A stretch of DNA of 64,000 nucleotides from Bacillota bacterium. Its GTDB lineage: Bacteria; Bacillota_I; Bacilli_A; Acholeplasmatales; Acholeplasmataceae. Shown piece by piece: positions 19,312 through 30,067 of the stretch. Within the stretch, counting starts at the first letter, position 1. Each line of letters begins with the position of its first letter. Location: positions 2,591 through 66,590 of the forward strand of contig JAHISX010000043.1 in NCBI GenBank assembly GCA_018817915.1. Direction: 5' to 3'. A program made the translations under genes and the position numbers. The notes under the pieces were generated by a model that was not told the DNA's origin, searched no databases, and worked only from the letters and a program-made list of their open reading frames with translations.

Positions 19312-19366
19312 AATTGCGAGCTAGAAGCTATTTGAGTAGTTACTGCTGCTATCTCGCAATTTTTAG
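19312..19366 (+). terminator. Possible terminator/attenuator after the lipoprotein gene
   Basis: 9-bp stem aattgcgag (19312-19320) / ctcgcaatt (19353-19361), then a T-run. The 32-nt loop makes it atypical, so read-through is likely. Confidence 0.45.
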
Positions 19367-19467
19367 ATTTTGTTTTCTCAAAAATATTCAGTAAAAACTA
19401 AATTTTTAACAAATTTATTGAAGTTATCATTTATAATGATGATTATAGGTATGATAAGGAGAAAAGT

Positions 19468-20901
19468 ATGAAAAAAATAATGATTATTGTAGGAGCAATC
19501 CTATTATCTTTTGGATTATTAGCTTGTACAAAAGATGAAGTACCAAGTGGTAAGACAGTCATTACTTATGCGTCTTGGAATTTAGGTTCAGAGGAAGCTA
19601 CAGAACCTAATATGGAAAGACTCATGATTGATGCTTTTATGGAAAAATATACAGATATTGAAGTTCAAATTATTGAAAGACCAAAAATTCCAGGAACAAA
19701 TAATGATTTAGGATGGAATGAATTTTTAGCAGCTCGTGCTTCAACACAAACTTTACCAGATGTTTTTCAATCTGATAACATTCCTTATTATGTTATTAAT
19801 GACTGGGCTTATAATTTGACAGACATCGCAATGGCTGATCCAGAATATCTAAACGTGAGTGAAGATATTAGATCAGTAGCTACATATGATGGAAAAGTCA
19901 TGGCATTACCAAATGCAGTACATTATGCTGGTTATGTTGTTAATCAAACATTATATGATAATCAAGGTCAGGATTATCCAACTGTTGATTCAACAATGGA
20001 TGAAGTGATTCAAATGACCAAAGCTGCTGCAAATCATGCCAGTACAAATAATACTGGTGTTGTTGGTTTTGAAGGTATTGAACATATCATTCATTGGTAT
20101 CCAGCACAACTAAATCCTGATTATGGTTGGTTTACACTATCAGAAGATGGATTTAATCTTGATTCACCTGAATTTGCTACAACAATGGAACTATATCGCA
20201 CAATGAGAACTGATACTACTTACGTATTAGAAGCATTATTTGATGCTGCTGCAGCTGAAGAATCAACTGTTGTTCTTGGCGACATTTTTCCTGAAGGTGA
20301 TTATTTTAATAATGGCGTAATTCTAATTAAATGGTATTATTCTTGGGATTTTGGTTGGATTCAATCAAAAATTAACTCAGGAGATTATACTTGGGATCTA
20401 GATTTCATTGGTACACCAGTTGTTAATGGTGTGAAACGTGTTCCGATTGTTGCTGATTTCTTTACAGTCGCATCAAATACGGCACATCCTGAAGAAGCTT
20501 ATTTACTTTCTAAATGGATGGGTTATGGTAAAGATGGATATCAAGAACGCTTAGATTTAAGTTCAAGTGTTGAAGGTATTTCACAAGTTAACTTTGCACC
20601 AATTCAAAATGACTCAGACTTACTAGATGCATACTTTGCTTTATATCCATCATTTTCAAGTCTAAGAAGCATTATTGAAGACGGTACATTAATTGTTGAA
20701 CCTCCAAAGTATTTACCTGGATATATCAATGCAAGATATCAAGGTACATATGATGCTGAAAATAAAATGGGTGATATCATCAACGGTCTGATGGCTGGTG
20801 AAGTTTTACTCGCAGATATTAAGACACAACTCAATTTACGTGCAAATGCCTTATATGATGAAGCACGTCAAGAATTCGAAACTGCATTGGCAAATAAATA
20901 A
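19468..20901 (+). CDS. Carbohydrate ABC transporter substrate-binding lipoprotein (family 1 SBP)
   Basis: Signal peptide plus lipobox LLAC. VITYASWNLGSEE...IEVQII...LPDVFQ are typical features of sugar SBPs. RBS aaggag. Confidence 0.85.
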   Translation: MKKIMIIVGAILLSFGLLACTKDEVPSGKTVITYASWNLGSEEATEPNMERLMIDAFMEKYTDIEVQIIERPKIPGTNNDLGWNEFLAARASTQTLPDVFQSDNIPYYVINDWAYNLTDIAMADPEYLNVSEDIRSVATYDGKVMALPNAVHYAGYVVNQTLYDNQGQDYPTVDSTMDEVIQMTKAAANHASTNNTGVVGFEGIEHIIHWYPAQLNPDYGWFTLSEDGFNLDSPEFATTMELYRTMRTDTTYVLEALFDAAAAEESTVVLGDIFPEGDYFNNGVILIKWYYSWDFGWIQSKINSGDYTWDLDFIGTPVVNGVKRVPIVADFFTVASNTAHPEEAYLLSKWMGYGKDGYQERLDLSSSVEGISQVNFAPIQNDSDLLDAYFALYPSFSSLRSIIEDGTLIVEPPKYLPGYINARYQGTYDAENKMGDIINGLMAGEVLLADIKTQLNLRANALYDEARQEFETALANK

Positions 20902-20918
20902 TGCATCATTAAGTGATA

Positions 20919-20946
20919 AGGGGACCCCTGTCTAGGGGTTCCCTTT
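20919..20946 (+). other. GC-rich intercistronic hairpin after the SBP gene
   Basis: aaggggacccc (20919-20929) / ggggttccctt (20936-20946) with one mismatch and a 6-nt loop. Only TTT follows, so it is more likely an mRNA-stabilising or partial terminator element than a full terminator. Confidence 0.45.
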
Positions 20947-20967
20947 CAAAAATGAATGAGGGGACAT

Positions 20968-23940
20968 ATGAAAATATCAGTTAAGCTAAAAAAATATGTA
21001 ATATGGGGACTTTCTGGACTCATTCTCATTTTTATTATCCTTGGTTTGAGTGGAACATTCAGTTCAACTGGTGTTGCTCATCCAACTTTAGATATCTTAC
21101 CTGCAGTTGCTGTTGAGGATTATTATACATCTTATTTATCAACCTATGCACAGGCTATTACTGACAGTGATGAAGTACATATCATTTCAGCGCCTGATTT
21201 TGTGCTACCCTTAGGTGATCATTTAAGTGATGATTTAACATATTATGAATGGATAGATGATAGCACAATTTCTTTACAAGTCTCAGTCGGAACAAGTGGC
21301 TTATATCATATATTTGTTGATTACATGTCTCAAACAGATTCACATATGCCTATTTCATTATCTGTTCAATTGAATGGAGAAGCATATGCACCCTATTATG
21401 AAGCATCACAAGTTACTTTAAACACTTTGTGGAAAGAATCAACAGAAGAATTAGGGACAGACCGTTATGGCAATGATGTGAGCGTCATGCAAGAAGTCGT
21501 CGAAGAGTGGCAATACGTGTCACTTAAAGATGCTAGACGTCTTTATCCTGATGGATTGATGTTTTATTTACCAGAAGGAGAAAATCAGATTCAAATAGAA
21601 AAACTTTCTGGTGAATTATTATTAAGAGAAATTAAAATTCAAGCTAAAACAGAATATATAACTTATGAAAATTACCTCAATTCTCAAGCAGCAACATCCG
21701 CAACTGGACTCGTTCGCCTTGAAGCTGAGGAAGCATATTATAAAAATTCATCAACCATTGGACGCGGTGTGAGTAGAGATCCACTCGTACTTCCTTTTTC
21801 GATGACAAAATTAAAACTCAATGTTCTGGGTGCGGACTCATTTGATATATCAGGAGATGCAGTTACATGGCTCGCAGAAGTAGAACAACCTGGATATTAT
21901 GCGCTCACCCTCAAAGTCAAACAAACGATGCAAAATACGACCGTTTATCGGAGTTTATATATCAATGGGGAACTTCCTTTTCTTGAGGCGCAGGTTTTGC
22001 CAATCTCATATGATCGAGGCTGGCAAAACTTGACACTCTCAAACACTGAGAATGAACCTTACTTATTCTATTTAGAACCAGGTGATAAAATTACTTTAGA
22101 AGTGAACAGTTCAATGTTTACAACTGTTGTTGATCGCCTAAGAATTATCAGTAATGAAATGAGTCAACTTGGTCTTGATATTACAAAATTAACAAGAAAT
22201 AATACAGACCAAGGTATTGATTGGGATATGATTTTATATTTTCCTAATCTTGAAACAGAATTAGCTGATTGGATTACAGAACTTAATTTAATTACATCTT
22301 CTCTAAGTTCAATGTATGGATTCGATAAGGATGCTCAAGTTGTGCAAGATATTCAAGCAGCAATAAGTAAAATTGAAAGTATTGCAGCAGATATCAATGA
22401 ATTACCGAGACGTTTAACACTTTTATCAACAGGATCTTCAAGTGCTGTTCAGCTTCTTAGTAGTCAAATAGATAGCATTTTAAAACAACCAATGCTCTTA
22501 GACTCTATTTTTATTCATACATTAGATCAAGAATTACCAAAAGCTAACGGTAAAGGATGGGATAGTTTTAAGATTTCATTTGGACGGTTTTTCCTCTCAT
22601 TCTTTGATACTTCATACACAGAAAAAGCAACCGCTGATGAATTAGAAGTTTGGGTGAATCGATCACGTCAATATGTTGACTTGCTTCAAAAAATAACAGA
22701 TGACCAGTTTACAACTGAAACTGGAATTAAGGTTAAAATTTCGCTTATTAGTGATGATAGCAAGCTCTTGCTTGCTAACTCAGCAGATCAGCAGCCTGAT
22801 GCTGCTTTAGGTATCTCTGCATGGATACCGAATGAATATGGTATGCGTGGTATGCTTTATGATATGACTCAAGCGGATGGATTTTCCGATGTCATCTCCG
22901 TTTTCAATCCAGAACAACTCATTCCAATGGTTTATGATGGTAAACTTTATGGATTACCAGAAACAGAAAACTTCTTTGTTCTATTCTATAGAAAAGATAT
23001 TTTAGATCAACTAGATTTAACTGTTCCTAATACATGGGATGATGTTTTAAACATGTTACCAGTTCTAAGAAGATATGGGATGAGTTTTTATATTCCACTT
23101 TCAAATAGTAGTTCTTTAAAATCATTTGATGCTACCGGACCTTTTATCAATCAATTTGAAGGAGAAATTTATGCTCCAGATGGATTGTCAGCAGCACTAG
23201 ATAATGAAAATACAATTGAAGCGATGACATTTATGACAGATCTATTCCGAGAATATAGTATGCCATACCAAGTTGCTAGCTTCTTTAATAGTTTTAGATA
23301 TTCAAGCATACCAATTGGAATTGGTGATTTTGGCATGTATTTGCAATTGATGAATGCAGCATCTGATATTAGTGGTTTATGGAATATCGCACTTGTTCCT
23401 GGTATCGAACATGAGGTTTACAATACAGATACTGATCAAATGGAAACAGTCGTTAATCGTTCTATGTCTGGGGCACAACAAGCAAGTGTTATCTTTGAAA
23501 AGAGTGACAAAAAAGAAGAAGCATGGTCTTTCCTTTCCTGGTGGATGTCCACGGATACTCAAGTTATGTTTTCAAATACCTTGCTCAACACGCTAGGTAC
23601 AAGATATTTATGGAATAGTGCCAATCTAGAAGCATTTGAACAATTCAGTTGGAATGAAGAGCATAAAGCAATCATTCTTGAACAATGGACACATTTAAAA
23701 GAAATTCCTAAAATACCTGGAAGTTACATTATTGAACGCGAAATCAGTAACACTTGGAATAGTGTGGTTTATGATGATTCCAATCTAAGAAGTACAGTCA
23801 GTGATGCCTTAATTAAAATCAATAAAGAATTAGCACGCAAATTAAAGGAATTTGGATATCTTGATGATAAAGGAAATGTCATCAAGCCTTTCATTTTACC
23901 AACAAGAGAACTCATTGAAAGTTGGTATCCACATGACTAA
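20968..23940 (+). CDS. Membrane-anchored giant solute-binding protein (990 aa): N-terminal TM, two CBM-like beta-sandwich regions, a helical linker and a C-terminal family 1 SBP domain
   Basis: TM helix [18 protein letters not shown] with no lipobox. [15 protein letters not shown] is a CBM6/35-style 'EAE' start. The C-terminal ~430 aa (ELEVWVNRS...[18 protein letters not shown]...[12 protein letters not shown]) is sugar-SBP-like. Confidence 0.7.
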   Translation: MKISVKLKKYVIWGLSGLILIFIILGLSGTFSSTGVAHPTLDILPAVAVEDYYTSYLSTYAQAITDSDEVHIISAPDFVLPLGDHLSDDLTYYEWIDDSTISLQVSVGTSGLYHIFVDYMSQTDSHMPISLSVQLNGEAYAPYYEASQVTLNTLWKESTEELGTDRYGNDVSVMQEVVEEWQYVSLKDARRLYPDGLMFYLPEGENQIQIEKLSGELLLREIKIQAKTEYITYENYLNSQAATSATGLVRLEAEEAYYKNSSTIGRGVSRDPLVLPFSMTKLKLNVLGADSFDISGDAVTWLAEVEQPGYYALTLKVKQTMQNTTVYRSLYINGELPFLEAQVLPISYDRGWQNLTLSNTENEPYLFYLEPGDKITLEVNSSMFTTVVDRLRIISNEMSQLGLDITKLTRNNTDQGIDWDMILYFPNLETELADWITELNLITSSLSSMYGFDKDAQVVQDIQAAISKIESIAADINELPRRLTLLSTGSSSAVQLLSSQIDSILKQPMLLDSIFIHTLDQELPKANGKGWDSFKISFGRFFLSFFDTSYTEKATADELEVWVNRSRQYVDLLQKITDDQFTTETGIKVKISLISDDSKLLLANSADQQPDAALGISAWIPNEYGMRGMLYDMTQADGFSDVISVFNPEQLIPMVYDGKLYGLPETENFFVLFYRKDILDQLDLTVPNTWDDVLNMLPVLRRYGMSFYIPLSNSSSLKSFDATGPFINQFEGEIYAPDGLSAALDNENTIEAMTFMTDLFREYSMPYQVASFFNSFRYSSIPIGIGDFGMYLQLMNAASDISGLWNIALVPGIEHEVYNTDTDQMETVVNRSMSGAQQASVIFEKSDKKEEAWSFLSWWMSTDTQVMFSNTLLNTLGTRYLWNSANLEAFEQFSWNEEHKAIILEQWTHLKEIPKIPGSYIIEREISNTWNSVVYDDSNLRSTVSDALIKINKELARKLKEFGYLDDKGNVIKPFILPTRELIESWYPHD

Positions 23941-24880
23941 AGAAATCAAGAAAAAGAGCAAGCTAAGAAAATATATTGAAATGGAAAAAGTGCTATATAA
24001 AAAAGATGATAAAATAGCATATCTTTTCTCATTGCCATATGTCCTTTTATTCTTAACATTTATTGTTATCCCAATTATTTTAGCAATCTATTTATCGTTC
24101 ACAACGTTTGATTTAGTGAGTTTTCCTAGCTTCAATGGATTTAATAATTATATCTATTTACTAACTTCAGATGAAGAATTCATGAAATACATTTTACCTA
24201 ACACCATTAAGTTTGCGATTATAGTAGGTCCTGGTGGATATGCTTTATCTTTTGTTATGGCATGGGCACTTGCACAGTTACCTCATAAATTAAGAACAGT
24301 ACTTGCCATTGTCTTGTACTCACCTTCATTAACTGCTGGTGTCACAATGACTGTTGTTTGGAAAGTATTCTTTGCAGGCGATCAATCTGGTTATCTTAAT
24401 GCAATACTCTTACAATTAGGCATGATTGTTGAACCTATTTCATTCTTACAATCCCCTGATTTCTTATTTACAATCATGATCATTGTTGCTCTTTGGGGAA
24501 GCATGGGTATTGGTTTCTTAGCGATGCTTGCAGGTATACTTAATATCGATCAAGAGCTCTATGAAGCTGCTGCTATAGATGGTATGAAAAATCGTTTCCA
24601 AGAAGTGTTCTTCATCACAATTCCATCCATGAAACCTCAGATGCTCTTCGGTGCCGTTATGGCCATTGTAGGGACCTTTTCGGCTGGTGCGTTAGGCGTT
24701 TCACTCTCTGGGTCTAACCCAACACCAAACTATGCTGGATCACTCATTGTCAACCATATTGAGGATTACGGTTTTATTCGGTATGACATGGGTTATGCTG
24801 CTGCATTATCTTTAGTATTACTATTAATTATATATTTCTTTAGCCGGCTATCATGGCGGTTCTTTGGCGAAAAGGACTAG
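23933..24880 (+). CDS. Carbohydrate ABC transporter permease (MalF/UgpA type)
   Basis: EAA loop [29 protein letters not shown], 6 TM. ATG 23933 overlaps the upstream stop. Confidence 0.88.
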   Translation: MTKEIKKKSKLRKYIEMEKVLYKKDDKIAYLFSLPYVLLFLTFIVIPIILAIYLSFTTFDLVSFPSFNGFNNYIYLLTSDEEFMKYILPNTIKFAIIVGPGGYALSFVMAWALAQLPHKLRTVLAIVLYSPSLTAGVTMTVVWKVFFAGDQSGYLNAILLQLGMIVEPISFLQSPDFLFTIMIIVALWGSMGIGFLAMLAGILNIDQELYEAAAIDGMKNRFQEVFFITIPSMKPQMLFGAVMAIVGTFSAGALGVSLSGSNPTPNYAGSLIVNHIEDYGFIRYDMGYAAALSLVLLLIIYFFSRLSWRFFGEKD

Positions 24881-25765
24881 GTGGCAGATATGAAAAATAG
24901 TTATAGAGCAGTCAAAGTTAATCCTACTAAATTCGGAATGGATCAAATGCCATTTTTACTCATGGTTTTACCTGTTGCCTTATTTATGTTATTGCCGTTG
25001 GTTTATATTTTCAATCATGCCTTCAAGCCTTTTGATGAATTGATTGAATACCCACCACGCTTTTTCGTAAGAAGACCAACCTTAGTGAATGTTTATGAAC
25101 TTTTCCAAACATCAACCACAACAGGTATTCCTGTATCAAGATATTTATTTAATAGTATTGTTGTGACGATTGTTGTCGTTGTGCTTTCTATTTTCTTGAG
25201 TACCATCACCGGATATGCACTTTCTAAATTGAAGTTTCATATTAAAGGAACAATATCAAAGATCAATACATTAGCGATGATGTTTGTTGGTACTGCAGTT
25301 ATTATCCCAAGATATATCATCATTGAACAATTAGGCTTTATTGATAGTTTTTATGTCCATATTATTCCGGTTATTGCTATCCCAGTCGGGCTCTTTTTGG
25401 TCAAACAGTTTATTGACCAAATACCTAATGAATTATTAGATGCCGCGAAAATAGATGGGGCAAGTAGTTTCACCATTTATTTGAAGATCATACTGCCATT
25501 GATTAAACCAGCAATAGCAACCATCGCAATTTTATCTTTCCAGACAGTATGGAATAATGCAGATATATCAGCGACCTATATTAATACAGATTCACTTAAA
25601 ACATTTGCCTATTATATGGCGACTCTTTCATCATCCTCTAACGTTGTTGCTGGCCAGGGTATGAATGCAGTTGCATCGCTCATTATGTTTTTACCGAATT
25701 TAATCATCTTCATATTCTTGCAAAACAAGGTTATGAGTACAATGGTTAATTCGGGGATTAAGTAG
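24881..25765 (+). CDS. Carbohydrate ABC transporter permease (MalG/UgpE type)
   Basis: EAA loop ELLDAAKIDGASSFTIYLKIILPLIKP. Start is GTG 24881 or ATG 24890. Confidence 0.88.
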   Translation: MADMKNSYRAVKVNPTKFGMDQMPFLLMVLPVALFMLLPLVYIFNHAFKPFDELIEYPPRFFVRRPTLVNVYELFQTSTTTGIPVSRYLFNSIVVTIVVVVLSIFLSTITGYALSKLKFHIKGTISKINTLAMMFVGTAVIIPRYIIIEQLGFIDSFYVHIIPVIAIPVGLFLVKQFIDQIPNELLDAAKIDGASSFTIYLKIILPLIKPAIATIAILSFQTVWNNADISATYINTDSLKTFAYYMATLSSSSNVVAGQGMNAVASLIMFLPNLIIFIFLQNKVMSTMVNSGIK

Positions 25766-25773
25766 GTGATGAT

Positions 25774-27804
25774 ATGAAAAAACTAACGATATTTACGATC
25801 CTACTTTCTTTCATCTTCATCTTTACACAAGCAAACTTAAGTGTTAATGCCTCAGGTCAATTAGCTAATTATGGTATTCCATATCAAACTTATACCCTTT
25901 CATCTTCAAATAGTTTCATACCTACTCAAACAGCATATATACCTGTAGGTGTTCTTGGAGAAGATTTAGGACTCAATGCACCAGAAGATATCTTTTATCT
26001 TGATGACTTATTTTATATAGCTGACACAGGAAACAAAAGAGTTATCGTTATTAATTTAGCAGGTGATCTCATCGATTCATATGCATTAGTTGAATTCCAA
26101 AGTCCAACAGGAATCTTTGTTAAATCAGGATACTTATATGTAGCAGATAAAACAGCTAAGGCAGTTTATCAAATTGAAATGTCTTCGAAAACTATTACTC
26201 AAACAATTACTAAGCCAACATCGCCTATTTATGGGCAACAAAATGACTTTGTTCCTACAAAGGTTGCTGTTGATAGCAGTGATAGTATATACATTATCGG
26301 GGAAGGCTCTACAAGTGGTGTCATTCAAGTCAATTATGCTGGTGAATTTGTCGGTTATCTAGGTATCAATACAGTCCCATTAAGTCTAAGAAAAATCATT
26401 TATAATTTCTTTGTTGCTGATTCGAATCTAGCATCAAGTACACCACCATCTCCAACAAACTTAGCTTTAGGAGCCAAAGGTTCTATTCTTACAACCAATG
26501 CTAATGTGACTGAGACATTTAAAAGACTCAATATTTCTGGTATTAATACACTGTTTGATACAACCGTTTATCCATCTGTTGGTCTTTCAGATATTTGGAT
26601 GAATAATGAAAACTATATTTATTTGGTTGCTGATAGTGGCGAAGTCTATGAATATGATTCAAATGGTAATATGTTGTTCTATTTCAATACAAACGATACA
26701 ACCTTAACCCAATCACTCGGATTGACATCTCAAGCAAGAGGTATAGGAACAGATAGTATCGGTAATCTATATATTCTAGACAAAGGATATAATTCAATCC
26801 AAGTTTATCAACGCACAGTCTTCGTTGACCTCGTTCATGAAGCAGTCACGATGTATAACGACGGTAAATATGTTGAATCTAAACCTATTTGGGAAGAAAT
26901 CATTAGACAAAACAGTTCTTTTGCGCTGGCACATTCAGCATTAGGTAGTGCACTTGCAAAAGAAGGAGAATTCTCAGCTGCTTTATCTGAATTCTACGAC
27001 GCAAAAGATTATAAAGGATACTCAGATACATTTTGGGAAATTAGAAATGTTGCTATTCAAGATAATCTAGGCATGTGGGCAATTTCGCTTTTAGGCATCT
27101 ACATTGTATTTAAGATATCGAGATCTCTTTTTAGAAAATCGTCTGCATATGAAGTTTATCAAGAAAAGAAAAAGAAAGTATTGAACCAGAAACTGACTTC
27201 AGAGGTTGTTTATTCACTGAATGTAATTAAGCGTCCAAATGATATGTTCTTTGGAATCAAGAGATACAATTCAGCAAGCTATCTATCTGGCTTTATTGTA
27301 TTCTTTATGTTCATTATTGTTTATTTGATCAATATCTACGCAACTGGATTCTTATTTAGGGATGCAAATCCAAATAATGTTATCATCGAACTTGCTATGG
27401 TTATAGGCGTTTTCTTCCTATATGTTGTTGTAAATTATTTGGTCAGTACATTAAATGATGGTGAAGGTAGATTTAAAGATATTTTAATCTCAACGTCTTA
27501 CATTTTAGTACCATTCATTATATTTACATTACCAATGACTTTCCTTTCCAATTATCTGACTTATAATGAATCCTTCATCTTTATTTTCTATCATCAAATT
27601 ATTCTAATATGGACAATGATTTTAATTGTTATTTCAATTAAGAGTGTTCATAACTACACGTTCTGGGAAACAGTTAAAAATATCTTAATTATCATATTTG
27701 GTATGTTTATACTCATCCTGATTGGTCTATTGATATATTCTTTCTTGGGTCAGCTAATCGAATTTGTTCTATCTGTCATCAAGGAGGTGATTTATCGTGT
27801 CTAA
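25774..27804 (+). CDS. Secreted NHL-repeat beta-propeller + TPR-like segment fused to a C-terminal Yip1-type multi-TM domain
   Basis: Signal peptide. Five to six NHL-like blades (YIADTGNKRVIVINLAGDLI; LYVADKTAKAVYQIE; IYIIGEGSTSGVIQVNYAGEFV; IYLVADSGEVYEYDSNGNML; LYILDKGYNSIQVYQ). A TPR-like helix pair (ALAHSALGSALAKEGEFSAALSEFYDA). The last ~250 aa contain about 6 TM segments with Yip1-like organisation. Confidence 0.65.
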   Translation: MKKLTIFTILLSFIFIFTQANLSVNASGQLANYGIPYQTYTLSSSNSFIPTQTAYIPVGVLGEDLGLNAPEDIFYLDDLFYIADTGNKRVIVINLAGDLIDSYALVEFQSPTGIFVKSGYLYVADKTAKAVYQIEMSSKTITQTITKPTSPIYGQQNDFVPTKVAVDSSDSIYIIGEGSTSGVIQVNYAGEFVGYLGINTVPLSLRKIIYNFFVADSNLASSTPPSPTNLALGAKGSILTTNANVTETFKRLNISGINTLFDTTVYPSVGLSDIWMNNENYIYLVADSGEVYEYDSNGNMLFYFNTNDTTLTQSLGLTSQARGIGTDSIGNLYILDKGYNSIQVYQRTVFVDLVHEAVTMYNDGKYVESKPIWEEIIRQNSSFALAHSALGSALAKEGEFSAALSEFYDAKDYKGYSDTFWEIRNVAIQDNLGMWAISLLGIYIVFKISRSLFRKSSAYEVYQEKKKKVLNQKLTSEVVYSLNVIKRPNDMFFGIKRYNSASYLSGFIVFFMFIIVYLINIYATGFLFRDANPNNVIIELAMVIGVFFLYVVVNYLVSTLNDGEGRFKDILISTSYILVPFIIFTLPMTFLSNYLTYNESFIFIFYHQIILIWTMILIVISIKSVHNYTFWETVKNILIIIFGMFILILIGLLIYSFLGQLIEFVLSVIKEVIYRV

Positions 27805-30055
27805 ATATTTAAAATATATGAAGCATGTTATCATCCTTTCTATTACTTTGGTACTGGCTTTCTTGGGTATTAACCAATTGCTTTATGCGACCAGTTTGAT
27901 TGACACACCACTTCCAAGTTTTGATGTCATCAGTCCATTTGTTGATTCCAATAAATATACGCACATCAAAACAGATGATGTTGCTATGAATCAACAGCTC
28001 ATCAATCCAACTGCCACAATCTTAAATACTGATGGTGGAACGGTCTATTTGGATGATGAATCCCTAGCATTCCAAGTAGTTAATTCGAATGGTTACTTGT
28101 GGTCATCAACCATTGATTATGATCAACCTGATTTTTCCAACTCATTTAAACAGCGTGCACGTAGCGCAATTATTGTTGAATCTTATAATGTATCAAGCAG
28201 CAATTATGCGATTACTGAAGAAAATTTATTTACTGAAGGAACAACAGTTGATACTACACTTCATGATAATGGATTTGTGTCACTTATTCGTTTTGGGAAA
28301 TCTGATATTTTAGTTCAACTAGAAGTTACTTTCTTAGAAAATCAAATTATCGTTGAAATTCCTCAAGCAGCTATAGATGAAAGTGGAGATTTTAAAATAT
28401 CATCGATTAAAGTTTACCCATATTTTGGAGCAGTGCATGAAGCAGATGTTCCTGGGTATGTCTTTTTGCCTGATGGTATTGGAGCATTAATCGATTACAA
28501 GACAGAAAACCCACTCGTTAATACCAATTATCAAAAAGAAATTTATAACCGTAATATTGGATATAACATCGAATCTGATCTATCCACTTTTACAAGCGGT
28601 GGCACACATATTTATGCACCAGTCTTTGGGTTTGTGCATGGTGTTGATCAAAATGCAGTCTTTGCAAATATTACATCAGGCTCAGAATATGGTTTGATCA
28701 ATGTTTACTATCCAGCTAGAACAAGAGGCTTTACGACTGTCTTTTCAGAGTTTGTCTTTAGAAAAACTTATAAGCAGCCAATTGATAAAGTTGGTAATAC
28801 GATTGCACTTCTACAAAGTTATCCAAATGAAATAGATATTAAAATAGAGTATAGCTTACTAGAAAATGAAGAAGCAAACTATGTCGGTATGGCAAAAACC
28901 TATCGCTCCTACTTAGAAAGTGAAATACTTCCAGATTTAATCGCAACAGAACAAGCAAATGTACCATTAAAGCTTGAAACCATTGGTATTGAAAAAATGG
29001 ATGGTGTACTTTTCACAAAGAGTATTGTGATGACGAAACTTTCTGATTTTTCATCGATGATTAGTGAGTTAGAGCAAGAAGGTATTGATAACATCACGGC
29101 AAATATCACAGGATTCACATCAAAAGGTGTGACCTGGTCAGCACCAAACTATGAGAGTCTTTCATCTAAAATTGGAAATAAAGGTGATTTAGCAGATATT
29201 AATAATGAAGTCTCTGATTTATATTTAACAGCAGAATACTTAATGGCAAGTAATCGTTCAAATGGGTATAATCAATATTTTGATTTAGCCAAGAAAATTT
29301 CTGATCAGCTGTATATGTATAATTCAGCAACTGATCTTAAATACTTGTTAGAATTTAACAAAGTTCGTTCCATTTTCAATTCTAGTGTTGATCATCTTTC
29401 TGATTATGAAATCAGTGGATTATCTATTCTTTCAATGGGAAGTTTACTCTATAGTGATTTTGGGAATCAACTTTACTTAAAAGATCAAATTAAAATGATG
29501 AATGAATTGCTATCATCCTATGATCAAAAGGTTGCTTTATATGATGTAAATGCATATTTATGGGGACAAATCGATGCATTCTATGATTTTCCTATGTATT
29601 CTAGTCAATACGTGACATTTGATGATACTGTACCATTCATGTCAATCGCACTGAGTGGCCACATGGATTTATTTGGATCAAATGCAAATTTCTATCCTTA
29701 TGCAAGAGATGAATTGTTGCGATTAATTGATTTTGGTGTCTATCCTTCGTTCATCGTTACACAAGAATCATCTAAATTACTACAAAAGACAGGATTAGAA
29801 TCCATTTATTCTTCAAGATTTGATGATTTAAAACCATCCATCATTGCTTATTATAATTTTGTCAATGATGCTTTAAAGTATGTCCAAAATGCTCAGATTA
29901 TTGATCGTGTTGTCATCAGCTCAGGAGTCATTGAAGTTATTTATGATAATGGCTTTGAGATTGTTGTCAATTATTCAAGCGATGTAGTCATCTATCAAAG
30001 TCAGTCGATATCACCAAAGAGTTATCTTGTGATCGACTCTAATCCTTTGGATTAA
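27797..30055 (+). CDS. Uncharacterised 752-aa membrane-anchored extracytoplasmic protein (possibly DUF5696-like)
   Basis: RBS aaggagg lies 9 nt before GTG 27797. It has one N-terminal TM (VIILSITLVLAFLGI) and the rest is predicted extracellular. No catalytic motif recognised. It lies between two permease pairs. Confidence 0.55.
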   Translation: MSKYLKYMKHVIILSITLVLAFLGINQLLYATSLIDTPLPSFDVISPFVDSNKYTHIKTDDVAMNQQLINPTATILNTDGGTVYLDDESLAFQVVNSNGYLWSSTIDYDQPDFSNSFKQRARSAIIVESYNVSSSNYAITEENLFTEGTTVDTTLHDNGFVSLIRFGKSDILVQLEVTFLENQIIVEIPQAAIDESGDFKISSIKVYPYFGAVHEADVPGYVFLPDGIGALIDYKTENPLVNTNYQKEIYNRNIGYNIESDLSTFTSGGTHIYAPVFGFVHGVDQNAVFANITSGSEYGLINVYYPARTRGFTTVFSEFVFRKTYKQPIDKVGNTIALLQSYPNEIDIKIEYSLLENEEANYVGMAKTYRSYLESEILPDLIATEQANVPLKLETIGIEKMDGVLFTKSIVMTKLSDFSSMISELEQEGIDNITANITGFTSKGVTWSAPNYESLSSKIGNKGDLADINNEVSDLYLTAEYLMASNRSNGYNQYFDLAKKISDQLYMYNSATDLKYLLEFNKVRSIFNSSVDHLSDYEISGLSILSMGSLLYSDFGNQLYLKDQIKMMNELLSSYDQKVALYDVNAYLWGQIDAFYDFPMYSSQYVTFDDTVPFMSIALSGHMDLFGSNANFYPYARDELLRLIDFGVYPSFIVTQESSKLLQKTGLESIYSSRFDDLKPSIIAYYNFVNDALKYVQNAQIIDRVVISSGVIEVIYDNGFEIVVNYSSDVVIYQSQSISPKSYLVIDSNPLD

Positions 30056-30067
30056 GGAGGAGATCAG

